The notes: generated from the sequence alone by a model not told the origin. DNA of 64,000 nucleotides from a candidate division FCPU426 bacterium (GCA_963830915.1 CAWHOE010000065.1:1-64000); one strand, 5' to 3'; shown: positions 32,001 to 41,037, counted from the first letter of the stretch. Translations and numbers: made by a program.

Positions 32001-32491
32001 CGCCCAACCCGTCGGGGACGGGAGGGAACATCAAGGTTTATTTGAACGGCCAGCTCATCGGGGATTGGAATGGGTTGGACACAACGGGGACACCGGTCCC
32101 GAACGGCTTCTACCATTTCGTACTGGAAGAGCACGACCGGAACGGTAATATCGTTATCCTGGCCCGTGACGCTTACATTGACACCAATGGCGATCAACCG
32201 GCCGTTCAATTCGCCGCCATGCCCAATGTGGCGCATACCGGCGAAACGGTCCAGTTCTACGCTTCTTTTGCTGGCATATCGGCTGATGGTCAAAGTACAA
32301 TAAAAATGTATAGTGTGGCCGGTGAGTTGATCAAGACGCTGACATTCGCCAACGGGAAAACGTCTTGGGATACCACCAATAACAGCCTCCAGCAGGTCGC
32401 GTCCGGCGTTTATCTGGCGGTTTTGGATGGGGTTGACCCCACGTCCGCGCAAAAATCGCACAAGGTCGTCAAAGTGATGGTCTTGCATTAA
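23087..32491 (+). CDS. Giant secreted surface protein: L-type lectin-like and two further globular domains, ~2200-aa Thr-X repeat stalk, FlgD-Ig-like domain and T9SS-like CTD (true start probably ~23282-23375)
   Basis: Signal-like FFVFILIVFGFGKLNAQ; lectin motifs GADGIDFVLQ and YYGFTAATG; (TNTA)n; WNGLDTTG..VPNGFY; C-terminal IKMYSVAGELIKTL..WD..VASGVYL..KVMVLH. Confidence 0.85.
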   Translation: MRLIYRTIYCYPNIPKNSSMIWGIITCAISPVFIHWILNVSYKINPTNVSKFLPKSVQIFPLRPIMKMMLLDHDHTKKHENTSEYLPCFSKLSRKTVNGFFVFILIVFGFGKLNAQTCPSWIPVGNATLGGGTTVTLTTNAIAESGAAWNSSMIDLTQGFTYTFNAYFGAAAGGADGIDFVLQDDPRGTSALSGNGQPCGSCKGYSGVSPISPSVAFAIETYPTNSVLIPQENGLAASTCSYASLPCPYTFGASLENNATHTYVVSWTPGTTTLTLTVDGTLVMTYVRDLINQVFGGQKMVYYGFTAATGASSSLQYITGSTTGCFTPTATPTCNPVTFGTTTIGGTASPNLVNSMAGSKYTLSSSTNISEMELYPDTATALTAVAGIYTDNAGTPGNLIVQSNQEPMTAAKWNTFNLPNTPLNSGTYWLAFYFTGTTGTVASATTGGNSDTVAYAGVTYDGLLSPFGTGTAGTTVYSINAFGCPGGPFPTWTPTFTFTYTPTFTPTFTSTPTVTNTPTITPNPCPITFDSATTFTGTATGAVFNHTVSGSQNLLLVQIAIEASALADAATSITYGSTKLTMAVGARLGTGAGHNTLETWYLVNPQTGTNPITVYTNLAAGKVLHIGAISYQGVNQTTPIGAVNSVDDAANTTQTISLTTTAVNSLIASTCLSWGTGTSITPNSPQVERWLENDTSETEGDDLTTTIIQSYTLTYGLGANVKADIQAVEIINGPCNTSTPTNTATNTATNTPTNTPSNTATNSATNTITNTGTNTPTNTVTYTPTNSATNTATNTTTNTATNTKTNTATNTATNTATNTATNTGTNTQTATNTATNTATNTATNTATNTATNTGTNTVTNTGTNTPTATNTATNTATNTSTNTATNTATNTATNTATNTKTNTATNTATNTTTNTATNTATNTATNTPTNTATNTATNSATATNTATNTATNTATNTATNTATNTATNTATNTATNTTTNTVTNTATNTATNTPTNTATNTATNTATATNTATNTATNTATNTATNTATNTATNTATNTKTNTATNTTTNTATNTATNTATNTPTNTATNTATNTATATNTATNTATNTATNTATNTATNTATNTATNTKTNTATNTATNTTTNTATNTATNTATNTPTNTATNTATNSATATNTATNTATNTATNTATNTATNTATNTATNTATNTTTNTATNTATNTATNTPTNTATNTATNTATATNTATNTSTNTATNTATNTATNTATNTKTNTATNTATNTTTNTATNTATNTATNTPTNTATNTATNTATATNTATNTATNTATNTATNTATNTPTNTATNTATNTATATNTATNTATNTATNTATNTATNTATNTATNTKTNTATNTATNTATNTTTNTATNTATNTATNTPTNTATNTATNTATATNTATNTATNTATNTATNTATNTPTNTATNTATNTATATNTATNTATNTATNTATNTATNTATNTATNTATNTATNTTTNTATNTATNTPTNTATNTATNTATATNTATNTATNTATNTATNTPTNTATNTATNTATNTTTNTATNTATNTATNTPTNTATNTATNTETATNTATNTATNTATNTATNTATNTATNTATNTKTNTATNTATNTATNTTTNTATNTATNTATNTPTNTATNTATNTATATNTATNTATNTATNTATNTATNTATNTASNTATNTTTNTATNTATNTATNTPTNTATNTATNTATATNTATNTATNTATNTATNTATNTATNTATNTATNTATNTATNTATNTATATNTATNTATNTATNTATNTATNTATNTATNTATNTTTNTATNTATNTATNTPTNTATNTATNTATATNTATNTATNTATNTATNTATNTATNTASNTMTNTTTNTATNTATNTATNTATNTATNTATNTATNTATNTATNTATNTATNTATNTATATNTATNTATNTATNTATNTATNTATNTATNTATNTTTNTVTNTATNTATNTPTNTATNTATNTATATNTATNTATNTATNTATNTATNTATNTATNTTTNTATNTATNTATNTPTNTATNTATNTATATNTATNTATNTATNTATNTATNTATNTATNTATNTTTNTATNTATNTATNTPTNTATNTATNTATATNTATNTATNTATNTATNTATNTATNTASNTATNTTTNTATNTATNTPTNTATNTATNTATATNTATNTATNTATNTATNTATNTATNTATNTASNTMTNTTTNTATNTATNTATNTPTNTATNTATNTATATNTATNTATNTATNTATNTATNTATNTATNTATNTATNTATNTATNTATNTATATNTTTNTATNTATNTATNTATNTVTNTNTNTTTDTATNTATNTPTNTATNTATATNTATNTATNTATNTATNTVTNTATNSATNTATNTATDTATNTATNTATLTATNTATDTATNTATNTSTNSATNTPTDTATNTSTSTATNTATNTATNTTTDTATNTATNTATATATDTATNSATNTPTDTATNTATNSPTNTATNTPTDTPTNTATNSATNSPTDTATNTPTNTTTDTATNTMTDTATNSATNTATHTPTNTPTATMSSTATNTATNTATNTPIDSATNTATNTTTDTATNSATASQTNTPTSTMTETSTNTITYTPTITCTFTATDTGTLPPTDTPTITWTNTATNTSTNTHTNTSTNTATNTATDSATNSATASPTNTPTSTSTATATNSATNTASNTATNTATSSATNTPTNTATNTATNTATNSATNSATASQTNTPSSTMTGTATNTSTNTATNTATATASNTVTNSATASATNTATNTASNTPTNTATNSATNTATPTATATMTVTNTRTNTATNTATMTGTNTPTVTATTTATSTATPTSTRTLTNTPTTTPTMTASKTTTDTATSTMTFTFTNTPTITPTFTMTRTSTNTSTITPTTTPQITITPTNSATVTATVLCGQQLVNIYDERGEKIASVCGNITFTSGTNYSMSLSSYAPNPSGTGGNIKVYLNGQLIGDWNGLDTTGTPVPNGFYHFVLEEHDRNGNIVILARDAYIDTNGDQPAVQFAAMPNVAHTGETVQFYASFAGISADGQSTIKMYSVAGELIKTLTFANGKTSWDTTNNSLQQVASGVYLAVLDGVDPTSAQKSHKVVKVMVLH
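25300..31880 (+). repeat. Coding tandem repeat with 12-bp period (ACN-AAY-ACN-GCN = TNTA), degenerating to TDTA/TNSA/TPT at the 3' end
   Basis: Directly visible in DNA and translation; includes larger internal duplications (e.g. 25861 vs 26491). Confidence 0.97.
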
Positions 32492-32531
32492 ACCAATTCC
32501 AAGGGCCGATGTGAAACATCAGGAACCAAAA

Positions 32532-33954
32532 ATGAAAATATCCCTATCTTCCCCAACCTATTTCTCGCGTATTCTTCTGTTGATCCTGGCCATCGGTATC
32601 AGCTCTCCCCGAACTTCCTTCGCTCTTTTCGACCGCGGCGGTAACTTGGGCGTGGGAACCCGCGCGATGGGTTTGGCCGGGGCTTTCGTGGCCATCGCGG
32701 ACGACCCCAGCGCTTCCTATTGGAACCCGGCAGGGATAGCCCAATTGGACTTGCCTTACCTCACGGGAAGTTATGGTTCGCTGTTCAACGACAAAAACCA
32801 CAGTCTTTTCTTTTCATTCGACTACGCGCTCAAAAGCGATATCCATCTGGGCTTAAGTACCAATAATCTTTTCTTTACGGATATCCCTGGTTCCCATGAG
32901 GATCAATACACCGGCTCAGTGGCTATCCCTTTGATGAAGCTTCCGGATAACCGTTTGTTCGTCGGTATCAACTTTCGGTACCTTTATACCGACCTGGGCA
33001 ATGGGACAGGGACCGCCGAGGGCGCGGCCGGCGGACTTAGGGTTCCTATATGTAAAGCCCTTGGAAAACAAGATGAGATTTTCCGCCGGGTTGGTATTGA
33101 CCGATATATCCACATCTGTTCGGTTCGATCAAACGGGCGTCGAGCAAACCATCCCGCCCATCTTGACCCCGGGTGTGGCCTTTATGTTCGACCCCTATAC
33201 CACCTTGGCGGTCGATATGCCCTGGACCCTTTCGAACGATATCCTGTTGAATGAGCAGAATTTAAGGATACGGACCGGGGTGGAGCATTGGTTCTTGGAC
33301 GGACGGCTGGGTTTCCGCGCCGGATTCACGAGCTTTTTGACCCTCCCGGGCGATTTCAGCGTCGGCGCCAGTTATCGTAATCCCCAATGGACCATCGATT
33401 ACGCCTATATGGGCCATTCGGACAACCTGGGTAACAGTCACCGCATTTCCGCCAGTTGGTTGTTCGACGTGGGGGAGGGAACCATCGATTCCAAGCCTTC
33501 CATCATCGAATCCTTCGTTGGCGACCAAAAGATCTATCTGCGCTGGGATATTCCCGAAGGAAGTCACGCCGACGGGTACTTGATCTACATCCGCACCGAC
33601 GACGAGAAGGATTTCCATCGGGCCAAGCAAGAGCCCATTCAAAGCAAATATTGCCTGTTGCGGGGGGCAAAGAACGGCGTCCGCTACCACGCTTACGTCA
33701 CTTCTTATGTGGACGGGAAAGAGAAATCCTCCTGTAACGAATGGATCACGACTCCCAGACCGATGTCCGATGACGCTAAGCACTATTACGACCAGGCTTT
33801 GTCCTTCATGAAAGATGGAAAAGAGGCTTCCGCGCTCTATTCCTTGAGAAAAGCGGAGGAACTGGACCCCAACAATTACGAGATCAAAGATCTTCTGAAA
33901 AGACAGCAAACCAGCACCCACGAAGGCCTGGTGCCGGAGGGCGACACGAATTAA
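32532..33954 (+). CDS. PorV/PorQ-like barrel + Fn3-like + TPR; apparent +1 frameshift near 33030
   Basis: GVGTRAMGLAGAFVAIADDPSASYWNPAG in ORF 32511-33254; the barrel continues (DLGFLY..GVEHW..DYAY..LGNSHRIS) in ORF 33001-33954; VGDQKIYLRW Fn3-like segment; C-terminal TPR. Confidence 0.75.
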
Positions 33955-34060
33955 GGGCGGCAACGCTTCTTAAACATGGCGCCTGAATGGCCGGGCATGA
34001 TTCAAAGCTTGTTTTAATGTTGGAATTAACATAAAATTGACCCGTTTTAGAGGCAGTTCC

Positions 34061-34091
34061 AACTCTGTCCCGTTCGGCAGAGTTTTTTTTT
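34061..34091 (+). terminator. Intrinsic terminator-like hairpin just upstream of purA
   Basis: AACTCTGTC-loop-GGCAGAGTT followed by a T-run. Confidence 0.7.
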
Positions 34092-34125
34092 GCCTGTTTC
34101 AAGCCGAGAATTTCAAAGGACAACT

Positions 34126-35448
34126 ATGGCCAGGATAAACGTCAATCCCATCGCGAAAAGAAAGCGTTCTAAAAAGAACATCGTCATCATCGGCGCCCAG
34201 TGGGGCGACGAGGGCAAGGCGAAAATGGTGGACGTCCTGACCGAACAGGTCGATATCGTCGCCCGCTACCAGGGCGGCAGCAACGCCGGTCACACGGTCG
34301 TGGCCAACGGCCAGAAATTCGTGTTCCATCAGATCCCCTCGGGCATCCTCCATACCGGCAAGACCTGCGTCATCGGCAACGGGGTCGTCCTGGACCCCAT
34401 CGCCCTCTTGGGCGAGATAGACTCGCTGGTCAACGCGGGCGTCCGCCTGAAGGACCGCCTGGTCATCAGCGACCGAACCCATCTTTTGATGCCTTACCAC
34501 CGTTTATTGGACGGGGCCGCCGAGGGCCATAAAGGCTCCACCAAGATCGGAACCACCAATCGCGGCATCGGCCCGGCCTATATGGATAAAATGGCCCGCG
34601 TGGGTCTGAAGGTCATCGACATATTCGACCCCAAGGATTTCAGGGCCAAAGTAAAACAGGTCGTGAAAGAGAAGAACTTCCTTTTGAAGAACTATTTCGG
34701 GGTGAAGGGCGTGAACGCCGACGCCATCTCGGATCAATACCTTAAGGCGGCCATCCGCATCAAGCCTTTGGTGAGAGACACGGCCAGTTACCTGCAGGAA
34801 CAAGTCGAAAAAGGGAAGAACTTGCTGGCCGAAGGGGCCCAGGGCACCCTGTTGGACGTGGATTTCGGAACCTATCCTTTCGTGACCTCCTCCAGCGCCA
34901 GCGTAGGCGGGGTTTGCACGGGTCTTGGCATCGGCCCGCAGTGGCTGGATGAGATCTACGGCGTCACCAAAGCCTATACCACCCGGGTCGGGGAAGGGCC
35001 TTTCCCGTCGGAAATGGACGAGGTGTTCGGCAATGACATCCGCAAACGTGGCGGGGAATACGGGGCCACTACCGGCCGTCCGCGCCGCTGTGGTTGGCTG
35101 GATCTGGTCGCCCTTCGGTACGCCTGCCGTATCAACGGCTTCACCGGCCTCTTGCTCACCAAGATGGATGTGTTGAGCTACTTGGAAAAGATCAATCTGT
35201 GCGTCGGGTACAAGGTCGGCACCAAAACGATCCGCGAGTTCCCGGCTGGTTACAACCAGTTGGCCCTTTGCAAGCCGGTCTACAAAGTCATGCCGGGCTG
35301 GGATGGCGATCTGTCCAAGGCTTCCAAGCTGTCGGACCTTCCCCCGCAAGCCAGGCGTTATCTGGATGAGATCGAAAAGTACGTTCAGGTGCCCATTACC
35401 TGGGTTTCGGTCGGGCCGGACAGGTCCCAGATATTCGAGAATCGCTGA
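34126..35448 (+). CDS. purA: Adenylosuccinate synthetase
   Basis: GAQWGDEGK, GGSNAGHT, IGTTNRGIGPAY, EGAQG, GTYPFVTSS, TTGRPRRCGW. Confidence 0.97.
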   Translation: MARINVNPIAKRKRSKKNIVIIGAQWGDEGKAKMVDVLTEQVDIVARYQGGSNAGHTVVANGQKFVFHQIPSGILHTGKTCVIGNGVVLDPIALLGEIDSLVNAGVRLKDRLVISDRTHLLMPYHRLLDGAAEGHKGSTKIGTTNRGIGPAYMDKMARVGLKVIDIFDPKDFRAKVKQVVKEKNFLLKNYFGVKGVNADAISDQYLKAAIRIKPLVRDTASYLQEQVEKGKNLLAEGAQGTLLDVDFGTYPFVTSSSASVGGVCTGLGIGPQWLDEIYGVTKAYTTRVGEGPFPSEMDEVFGNDIRKRGGEYGATTGRPRRCGWLDLVALRYACRINGFTGLLLTKMDVLSYLEKINLCVGYKVGTKTIREFPAGYNQLALCKPVYKVMPGWDGDLSKASKLSDLPPQARRYLDEIEKYVQVPITWVSVGPDRSQIFENR

Positions 35449-35510
35449 TCATTTGCTTTGCTTTTAGGGGCTAAAAAGTATATTTTTTAGAGCCCTCCAA
35501 GGGATTGGGT

Positions 35511-35586
35511 GAGTCGTTAGCTCAGTTGGTAGAGCACCGCACTTTTAATGCGGGTGTCCCGGGTTCGAATCCCGGACGACTCACCA
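35511..35586 (+). tRNA. tRNA-Lys (anticodon TTT)
   Basis: Acceptor GAGTCGT/ACGACTC, anticodon arm CCGCA-CTTTTAA-TGCGG, T-loop TTCGAAT, encoded CCA. Confidence 0.97.
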
Positions 35587-35925
35587 AATTTCTTGGCCCT
35601 TTCATAGAAATTTGGGGTAGTTTAACCACGTTTTTCCCTCTATATATCTTAATGTCTAATTTCCCATCGAAATTCATCTTGGAAATCCTTCCCCCTACTA
35701 TTGAAAGCTATTTCCCCTAGGGCTAATCCCGTACATTTTGTTAGGCTTTATGCCCCCCCAGCTTTCAGGCGAGATCTACAACCAAATAAGAACAGGTTTA
35801 TTTGTATTTCTCCAGGATTTTTAAGTTTTCACATCTTTCGGCCCAAATCCTACTGGTAATGCGATAAACTAAGGCAAGAAAGCGATTTAACACGGGAAAC
35901 CAAAAACGTTTTAAGCCGGAGTTTT

Positions 35926-38900
35926 ATGAATTTTGGAAGAAGACTAATCCATTTTTTATTCGTGATATTGGTTCTCTTGAGTACGCCTATAATTGCCATC
36001 GCTGGGAACATTACCGGCAAGATCAAAATTGATAATTTCGGCTACCGAACGACCGATACCAAGATCGCTTTTTTCACCTCGAACCCCGGAACCATCGTTG
36101 GCGTCTATAACGCCAGCACCAGCGTCCTGGCCTATACTGTTCCAGCTGGAAACATCACTAGCAAGGGAACGGATACCACCGGAATTACCGGAGACACCAT
36201 TTGGTGGGCTGATTTTTCCGCGTTCAGCGTGCCCGGCACTTATTACATCTATTCCACCAGCCTTAACGAGCAATCCTACAATTTCCAGATAAACGATTGC
36301 GTTTATCAGGCGCCCATGTCGGCCACCTTGAAGGCGCTTTATTATCAGCGTTGCGGTTGCGCCAAGCCCGCACAATACGCGGGGACTAACTGGTCGGACG
36401 CGGGTAGCTGCCACTTACAGGATGCGACCTGCGGGCCGGCTCCAGGATGTACCTACCCCAATACCTACGGCACCTTGAACCTGACCGGAGGATGGCACGA
36501 CGCGGGGGACTTCAACAAATACATCGGCTCCACACCCTCAGGTTCCTGCCAAAGCTGGGGGGGAGACTCGGGCGAGGCCATCCACGACCTGATGCTGGCC
36601 TATGAGTGGAATCCTTCTCTTTTCACGTCCATATCCTCCAATATCCCGGAAACTGGCAACGGCAACCCGGACATCCTCAACGAGGCCAAATGGGAACTGG
36701 ACTGGTATTTGAAGATGCAGATGACCGACAAACACGTGCTTTCGGTGGTCCACGCCAACGGGGGTGGTGGCCAATCGCCTCCCAGTGCGGATACGGCTGT
36801 TCGCTACTACTATCCTCCCAACGGGGACGGGGAAGCACAGTTCGTGGCTATGCTTTCCAACTCGGCCCGAGTGATGTCCACGGTCCCGGGCATGGCGAGC
36901 TATGCCACCACTTTGCGCGGAGCGGCCGAGGCTACTTGGAACACCTACGAGACCACCTGGACTAGCGATGATTTCAAATTTTGGGCCGCCGCCGAGTTGT
37001 TCCGCATGGAAGAGGCCCTCGGGGGGCCGGCTTCCATCGAGTCCGCGGCCCAGTCCATTGTGAATAACTACCAAGCCTGGAACGGGTTCTGGCTCAACGA
37101 GGATAAGTTTCAACAGAATTGGGGTATCCTGGCCTATATCGAATCCACTAACGCCACCCCGGCGGTGGTGACAGAAATGAAGGCTGATTGGTCCACGTTG
37201 ATGAACGATCTTTTCGCCCAAGTCGATTCCTACAATTCGGCTCTCCATAGCTGGGACTATTACTGGGGTGCGAACGAAGTGAAGATGAATTATGCCCTGG
37301 AACTGCTCTGGGCGGCGAAGATCGGAGCGACAGGCAGCCAGTCCGTCTCCCAGTGCGTCCAGCATGCCGAGGATTTCCTGCATTACATGAACGGCGCCAA
37401 CACCCTAAACATGACCTATATGACCAATGCGGCCGCCATCGGAGCTTCCCACGGGGTTTGGCGCATCTATCACCAGTGGTTTGGGAACTATAACAATAAC
37501 GGCGATGGCCCCGGCACCTATTCCTACAATGACTTCATCGGAAAGCCCGTCTCGGTGGTGGACCCACTCTATCCCTATTTCGCTGGGGTGGATAATTACG
37601 GCGTCAGTGACAGCGGACCCTCCTCCTTTGGGCCGCCGCCGGGCATCGTGCCGGATGGAGCTTGCGACCAATATTACGGAAGCGGCCAGGCCCAGCCGCC
37701 TCTCCTCTCTGGCGGGGCCGCGCCGCCCTACGAGAAGGAATACAGGGATTGGGACTACGACAATGAAACGGGGACCAACTACGACACGACCCAGCCCTGG
37801 ATCGTTAACGAAACCGGTCTTTATTACACGGCTTCCTACATGATCGTGGCTTCGGCCTTCACCACTATCTGTTCCACTCCTACTCCCACCCCGACGAGTA
37901 CCTTTACTCCAACAAATTCCGCCACTTTGACCCGTACCAACACCGCGACCCCAACCCCTTCGCCTAGCTTTACTTTCACATTTTCACCAACCCAAACCCC
38001 CACTCAAACGCCAACGCCAACTGTGGCGGGTGCTTGGAATTCGGCCTTCCTTCAACCCAGCGGAGTCAATTGGACTGAGCCGGTGGTCAATGTGAGCGGA
38101 CGCAATTTCAAGCTCGACGATTATTCCTACACAGGTTATAAGCTGTCTCAGGTGGGAGTTGGGGATTCCATTCCTTGCAACAACGTGACTATGTCCAGCA
38201 CTGGGGATGTCACGGCGGCCCTGCGCGCAAGCCTTGCCACTTTGGTGGGTTTGGGAGGCGGGACGCTTTGGATACCCTCGGGAACGGTCACTCTCTCGGG
38301 GACGGTCACCATCGCTAGCGGTAATATCCGCATTATGGGGGCGGGAAGCGGGGCTACCACCATTGTCATTGCCTCGTCATATAACCCTGGGGATACCTTG
38401 ACCGAAGCGCCGTTTACCTTCATGGGAGGGGGTGGGATCGGGTACAGCCAGTGGGCGGAACCGGGGCAAGCGCCAGTCACCACCTCATGCGCTGACGTGA
38501 ACCGGGGCGACCAATCGGTCACCGTTGGTTCAAGCACCAGTTTCGCCGTTGGGAACTGGGTAGTAGTCCAGCAGTATTTCTGGACCACCCTTGTGGATGA
38601 CGACAGCGCCGGCACCTGGACTACCAACCCTCCCGGGACAGGAACGGACGGGGCTTTCAGCAACACACTCTGTTACCCACGCAAGATCACGGCCATCAGC
38701 GGCAATGTCATCACACTGGACGCGCCCATTCCCTGGACCATGCATAACAGCGATTCCACCGTGTGGTTCTACAAGCCAAACGCCAGCCAGTACATCGAGA
38801 ACGACGGCATCGAGGGTTTATCCATCCAGGTTCTAGCCAACACCAACAATGGCGGCCGCCCCTCGGGAACAGCCCTGGCCTTCAAAGGGATCTTCAATGG

Positions 38901-41037
38901 TTGGGCGAGGGATATCCATATCAATAACATCGCCAAGAACGGCATCAAGCCCGCCTGGTCGACCCGCATTACGGTCATGGATTGCGCTATCTCGGGTGCG
39001 CAGGATTATGGCGGGGGAGGATGGGGTTATGGTTTCTACACCTACGCTTCCTCGGCGGTCCTTTACAAACGCTGTACGGCCACCAACATGAGGCATAATT
39101 TCACCAACGAATACGCCATGACGAATATGGTCGTCTATACCCGATGCAATTCCATCAAGACCATCAGTAATTCGGCGAGCGTGACGATGGAATGCGACGA
39201 CACCCATTTTGCCTATTCCCAGCGACTCCTCTGGGATATGCACAGTCAATCGGGAACGGGGCTATTAGCCGAGAACCGGGATACCCAAAGCAGTGGGGCT
39301 TATGAAACCTTCGCCGGAGGGGTCGTGTGGAATTATTCAGGAACCTCGGCCAACCCGTTGGGCAACTGGCAGGCTGGTTCAGTCCAGTGTTCACCAGCTA
39401 CCTACACAGGGGATTCGGATGCCCTGGTCATCGGGCCCTCCGGAGGGGCTACCATCTACGACAATTCCCAGGATCTCGCGGCCAGTTATGTTTACGGCAC
39501 CATCATGACGGGCAACGGACCCCAGTTGGGACCGCGTGGAAACGTGGCCTACGAGGGAATCAACCGTACCGGATTATCTCCCTCGTCACTTTTTGACGCC
39601 CAATTGCAGACCCGATTAGGTTCGCTTCCGCCCGATATCGCTCCTGTTTCCTGCGGGTCTACGCCAACCCCAACTCCCACCAATACCGCCACTCAGTCCG
39701 CTACTTCTTCACCCACCCTGTCTCCTACTAATACGTCAACCCCCTCGGCTAGCCCAACAATGACGCCGTCCTCGAGCTCGACGACCACACCAACCTATAC
39801 ACCCCAGTTCTCTCCCACGGATACTTCCACTCCGACCATCACCTTTACACCATCCATGACCCTTTCGTCCACGTCCACGGCTACGGCTACAAATTCGGCC
39901 ACTGGTACGAATTCAGCCACATTGACCTATACACCGACGGAGAGTTTCACCACAACCTATACCCTTTCCCCCACCCTGACCTATACCGCTACCAACACTG
40001 GAACCCCAACCCAGACTAGGACCCCAACGGCGACCGCCACCAATACGGGTACATTTACCTTAACCTCAACAGCGACCCTGACCTATACCCCGACAGTGAC
40101 CTTCACACCCACACTTACCTTTACCGCCACCAATACCGCCACTTCCACCAACACCTTTACGGCTACCAGCACACCCACGCCGACATTCACCGGAACCGCG
40201 ACATTTACCTGGACCAATACGCCTACATTTACTTTGACCAATACGCCAACCTTTACTCCTATCACAGTCCTGGGAGGGGAAGGGCCGGCAGCTCCACCGT
40301 CTTTCATCGATCTTTTGAGCGGTTCAACGGGCGTGACGGTTGATGAGGTTAAATTCACCGACTCAAGCCCTAATCCATTCACCATGACCAGCCTGACGGT
40401 TACGGTATCAGGTGGTTCCCCCACGAATATCACTACTCTGACGCTTTTGAAGAATGGGGTGTCCATCGCGACCACGACATTCACTGTCAATACGGCAATC
40501 TTTAATTACTCCGATGTCATACCTGGCAACGGTGGTTCAGCGGTTTATGACATTGAAGCCACATTCTTTTCTTCCGCCGTAGGGACTTATTCATTCAACG
40601 TGACTGGGGCTACCGGGACGAACGGGGAAGCGGTCAATTTCACAGGATTACCCATCGCGGGAACTCAGGCCATCGTCAGCCAGCCGACCTCCACGCCAAC
40701 TCTGAGTCCAACTCCGACCCTGTCGCCTACGAGCACGATGACGGCGACAGCTATTCCGGAGACATTCCCAGTGGTTTATCCCAACCCGGCTGATGGAACG
40801 GTACCGGTCAAGGTAAGGCCGCCCGCCTATTTTGGGAACTCGGATGTAAGGGTGAAGGTCTTCACTTTGGCCTTTCGGAAGGTGCAGGACAACACATACC
40901 TCCAAATACCATCAGGGACGGACGTGTCCTTAAGTCTTACGGACAAGTGGGGAAAACCCTTAGCCAGCGGTCTTTATTATGTGGTGGTAACGACCAACGC
41001 CGGGCGGTCCATAGGAAAGATGCTTATCTTGCGGTAG
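35926..41037 (+). CDS. Secreted multidomain CAZyme: Ig-like + GH9, pectin-lyase-like beta-helix, Thr/Pro linkers, T9SS-like CTD
   Basis: Signal peptide; GGWHDAGD and terminal NE of GH9; DVTAAL..GGGTLWIPSGT start of a beta-helix; YPNP...GLYYV...KMLILR. Confidence 0.85.
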   Translation: MNFGRRLIHFLFVILVLLSTPIIAIAGNITGKIKIDNFGYRTTDTKIAFFTSNPGTIVGVYNASTSVLAYTVPAGNITSKGTDTTGITGDTIWWADFSAFSVPGTYYIYSTSLNEQSYNFQINDCVYQAPMSATLKALYYQRCGCAKPAQYAGTNWSDAGSCHLQDATCGPAPGCTYPNTYGTLNLTGGWHDAGDFNKYIGSTPSGSCQSWGGDSGEAIHDLMLAYEWNPSLFTSISSNIPETGNGNPDILNEAKWELDWYLKMQMTDKHVLSVVHANGGGGQSPPSADTAVRYYYPPNGDGEAQFVAMLSNSARVMSTVPGMASYATTLRGAAEATWNTYETTWTSDDFKFWAAAELFRMEEALGGPASIESAAQSIVNNYQAWNGFWLNEDKFQQNWGILAYIESTNATPAVVTEMKADWSTLMNDLFAQVDSYNSALHSWDYYWGANEVKMNYALELLWAAKIGATGSQSVSQCVQHAEDFLHYMNGANTLNMTYMTNAAAIGASHGVWRIYHQWFGNYNNNGDGPGTYSYNDFIGKPVSVVDPLYPYFAGVDNYGVSDSGPSSFGPPPGIVPDGACDQYYGSGQAQPPLLSGGAAPPYEKEYRDWDYDNETGTNYDTTQPWIVNETGLYYTASYMIVASAFTTICSTPTPTPTSTFTPTNSATLTRTNTATPTPSPSFTFTFSPTQTPTQTPTPTVAGAWNSAFLQPSGVNWTEPVVNVSGRNFKLDDYSYTGYKLSQVGVGDSIPCNNVTMSSTGDVTAALRASLATLVGLGGGTLWIPSGTVTLSGTVTIASGNIRIMGAGSGATTIVIASSYNPGDTLTEAPFTFMGGGGIGYSQWAEPGQAPVTTSCADVNRGDQSVTVGSSTSFAVGNWVVVQQYFWTTLVDDDSAGTWTTNPPGTGTDGAFSNTLCYPRKITAISGNVITLDAPIPWTMHNSDSTVWFYKPNASQYIENDGIEGLSIQVLANTNNGGRPSGTALAFKGIFNGWARDIHINNIAKNGIKPAWSTRITVMDCAISGAQDYGGGGWGYGFYTYASSAVLYKRCTATNMRHNFTNEYAMTNMVVYTRCNSIKTISNSASVTMECDDTHFAYSQRLLWDMHSQSGTGLLAENRDTQSSGAYETFAGGVVWNYSGTSANPLGNWQAGSVQCSPATYTGDSDALVIGPSGGATIYDNSQDLAASYVYGTIMTGNGPQLGPRGNVAYEGINRTGLSPSSLFDAQLQTRLGSLPPDIAPVSCGSTPTPTPTNTATQSATSSPTLSPTNTSTPSASPTMTPSSSSTTTPTYTPQFSPTDTSTPTITFTPSMTLSSTSTATATNSATGTNSATLTYTPTESFTTTYTLSPTLTYTATNTGTPTQTRTPTATATNTGTFTLTSTATLTYTPTVTFTPTLTFTATNTATSTNTFTATSTPTPTFTGTATFTWTNTPTFTLTNTPTFTPITVLGGEGPAAPPSFIDLLSGSTGVTVDEVKFTDSSPNPFTMTSLTVTVSGGSPTNITTLTLLKNGVSIATTTFTVNTAIFNYSDVIPGNGGSAVYDIEATFFSSAVGTYSFNVTGATGTNGEAVNFTGLPIAGTQAIVSQPTSTPTLSPTPTLSPTSTMTATAIPETFPVVYPNPADGTVPVKVRPPAYFGNSDVRVKVFTLAFRKVQDNTYLQIPSGTDVSLSLTDKWGKPLASGLYYVVVTTNAGRSIGKMLILR

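Noticed and set aside
34024..34051. dif site (AATTAACATAA resembles a reversed XerD arm)
   Set aside because: No XerC-like arm at 6-bp spacing
35505..35720. 71-aa ORF
   Set aside because: Overlaps tRNA-Lys; spurious
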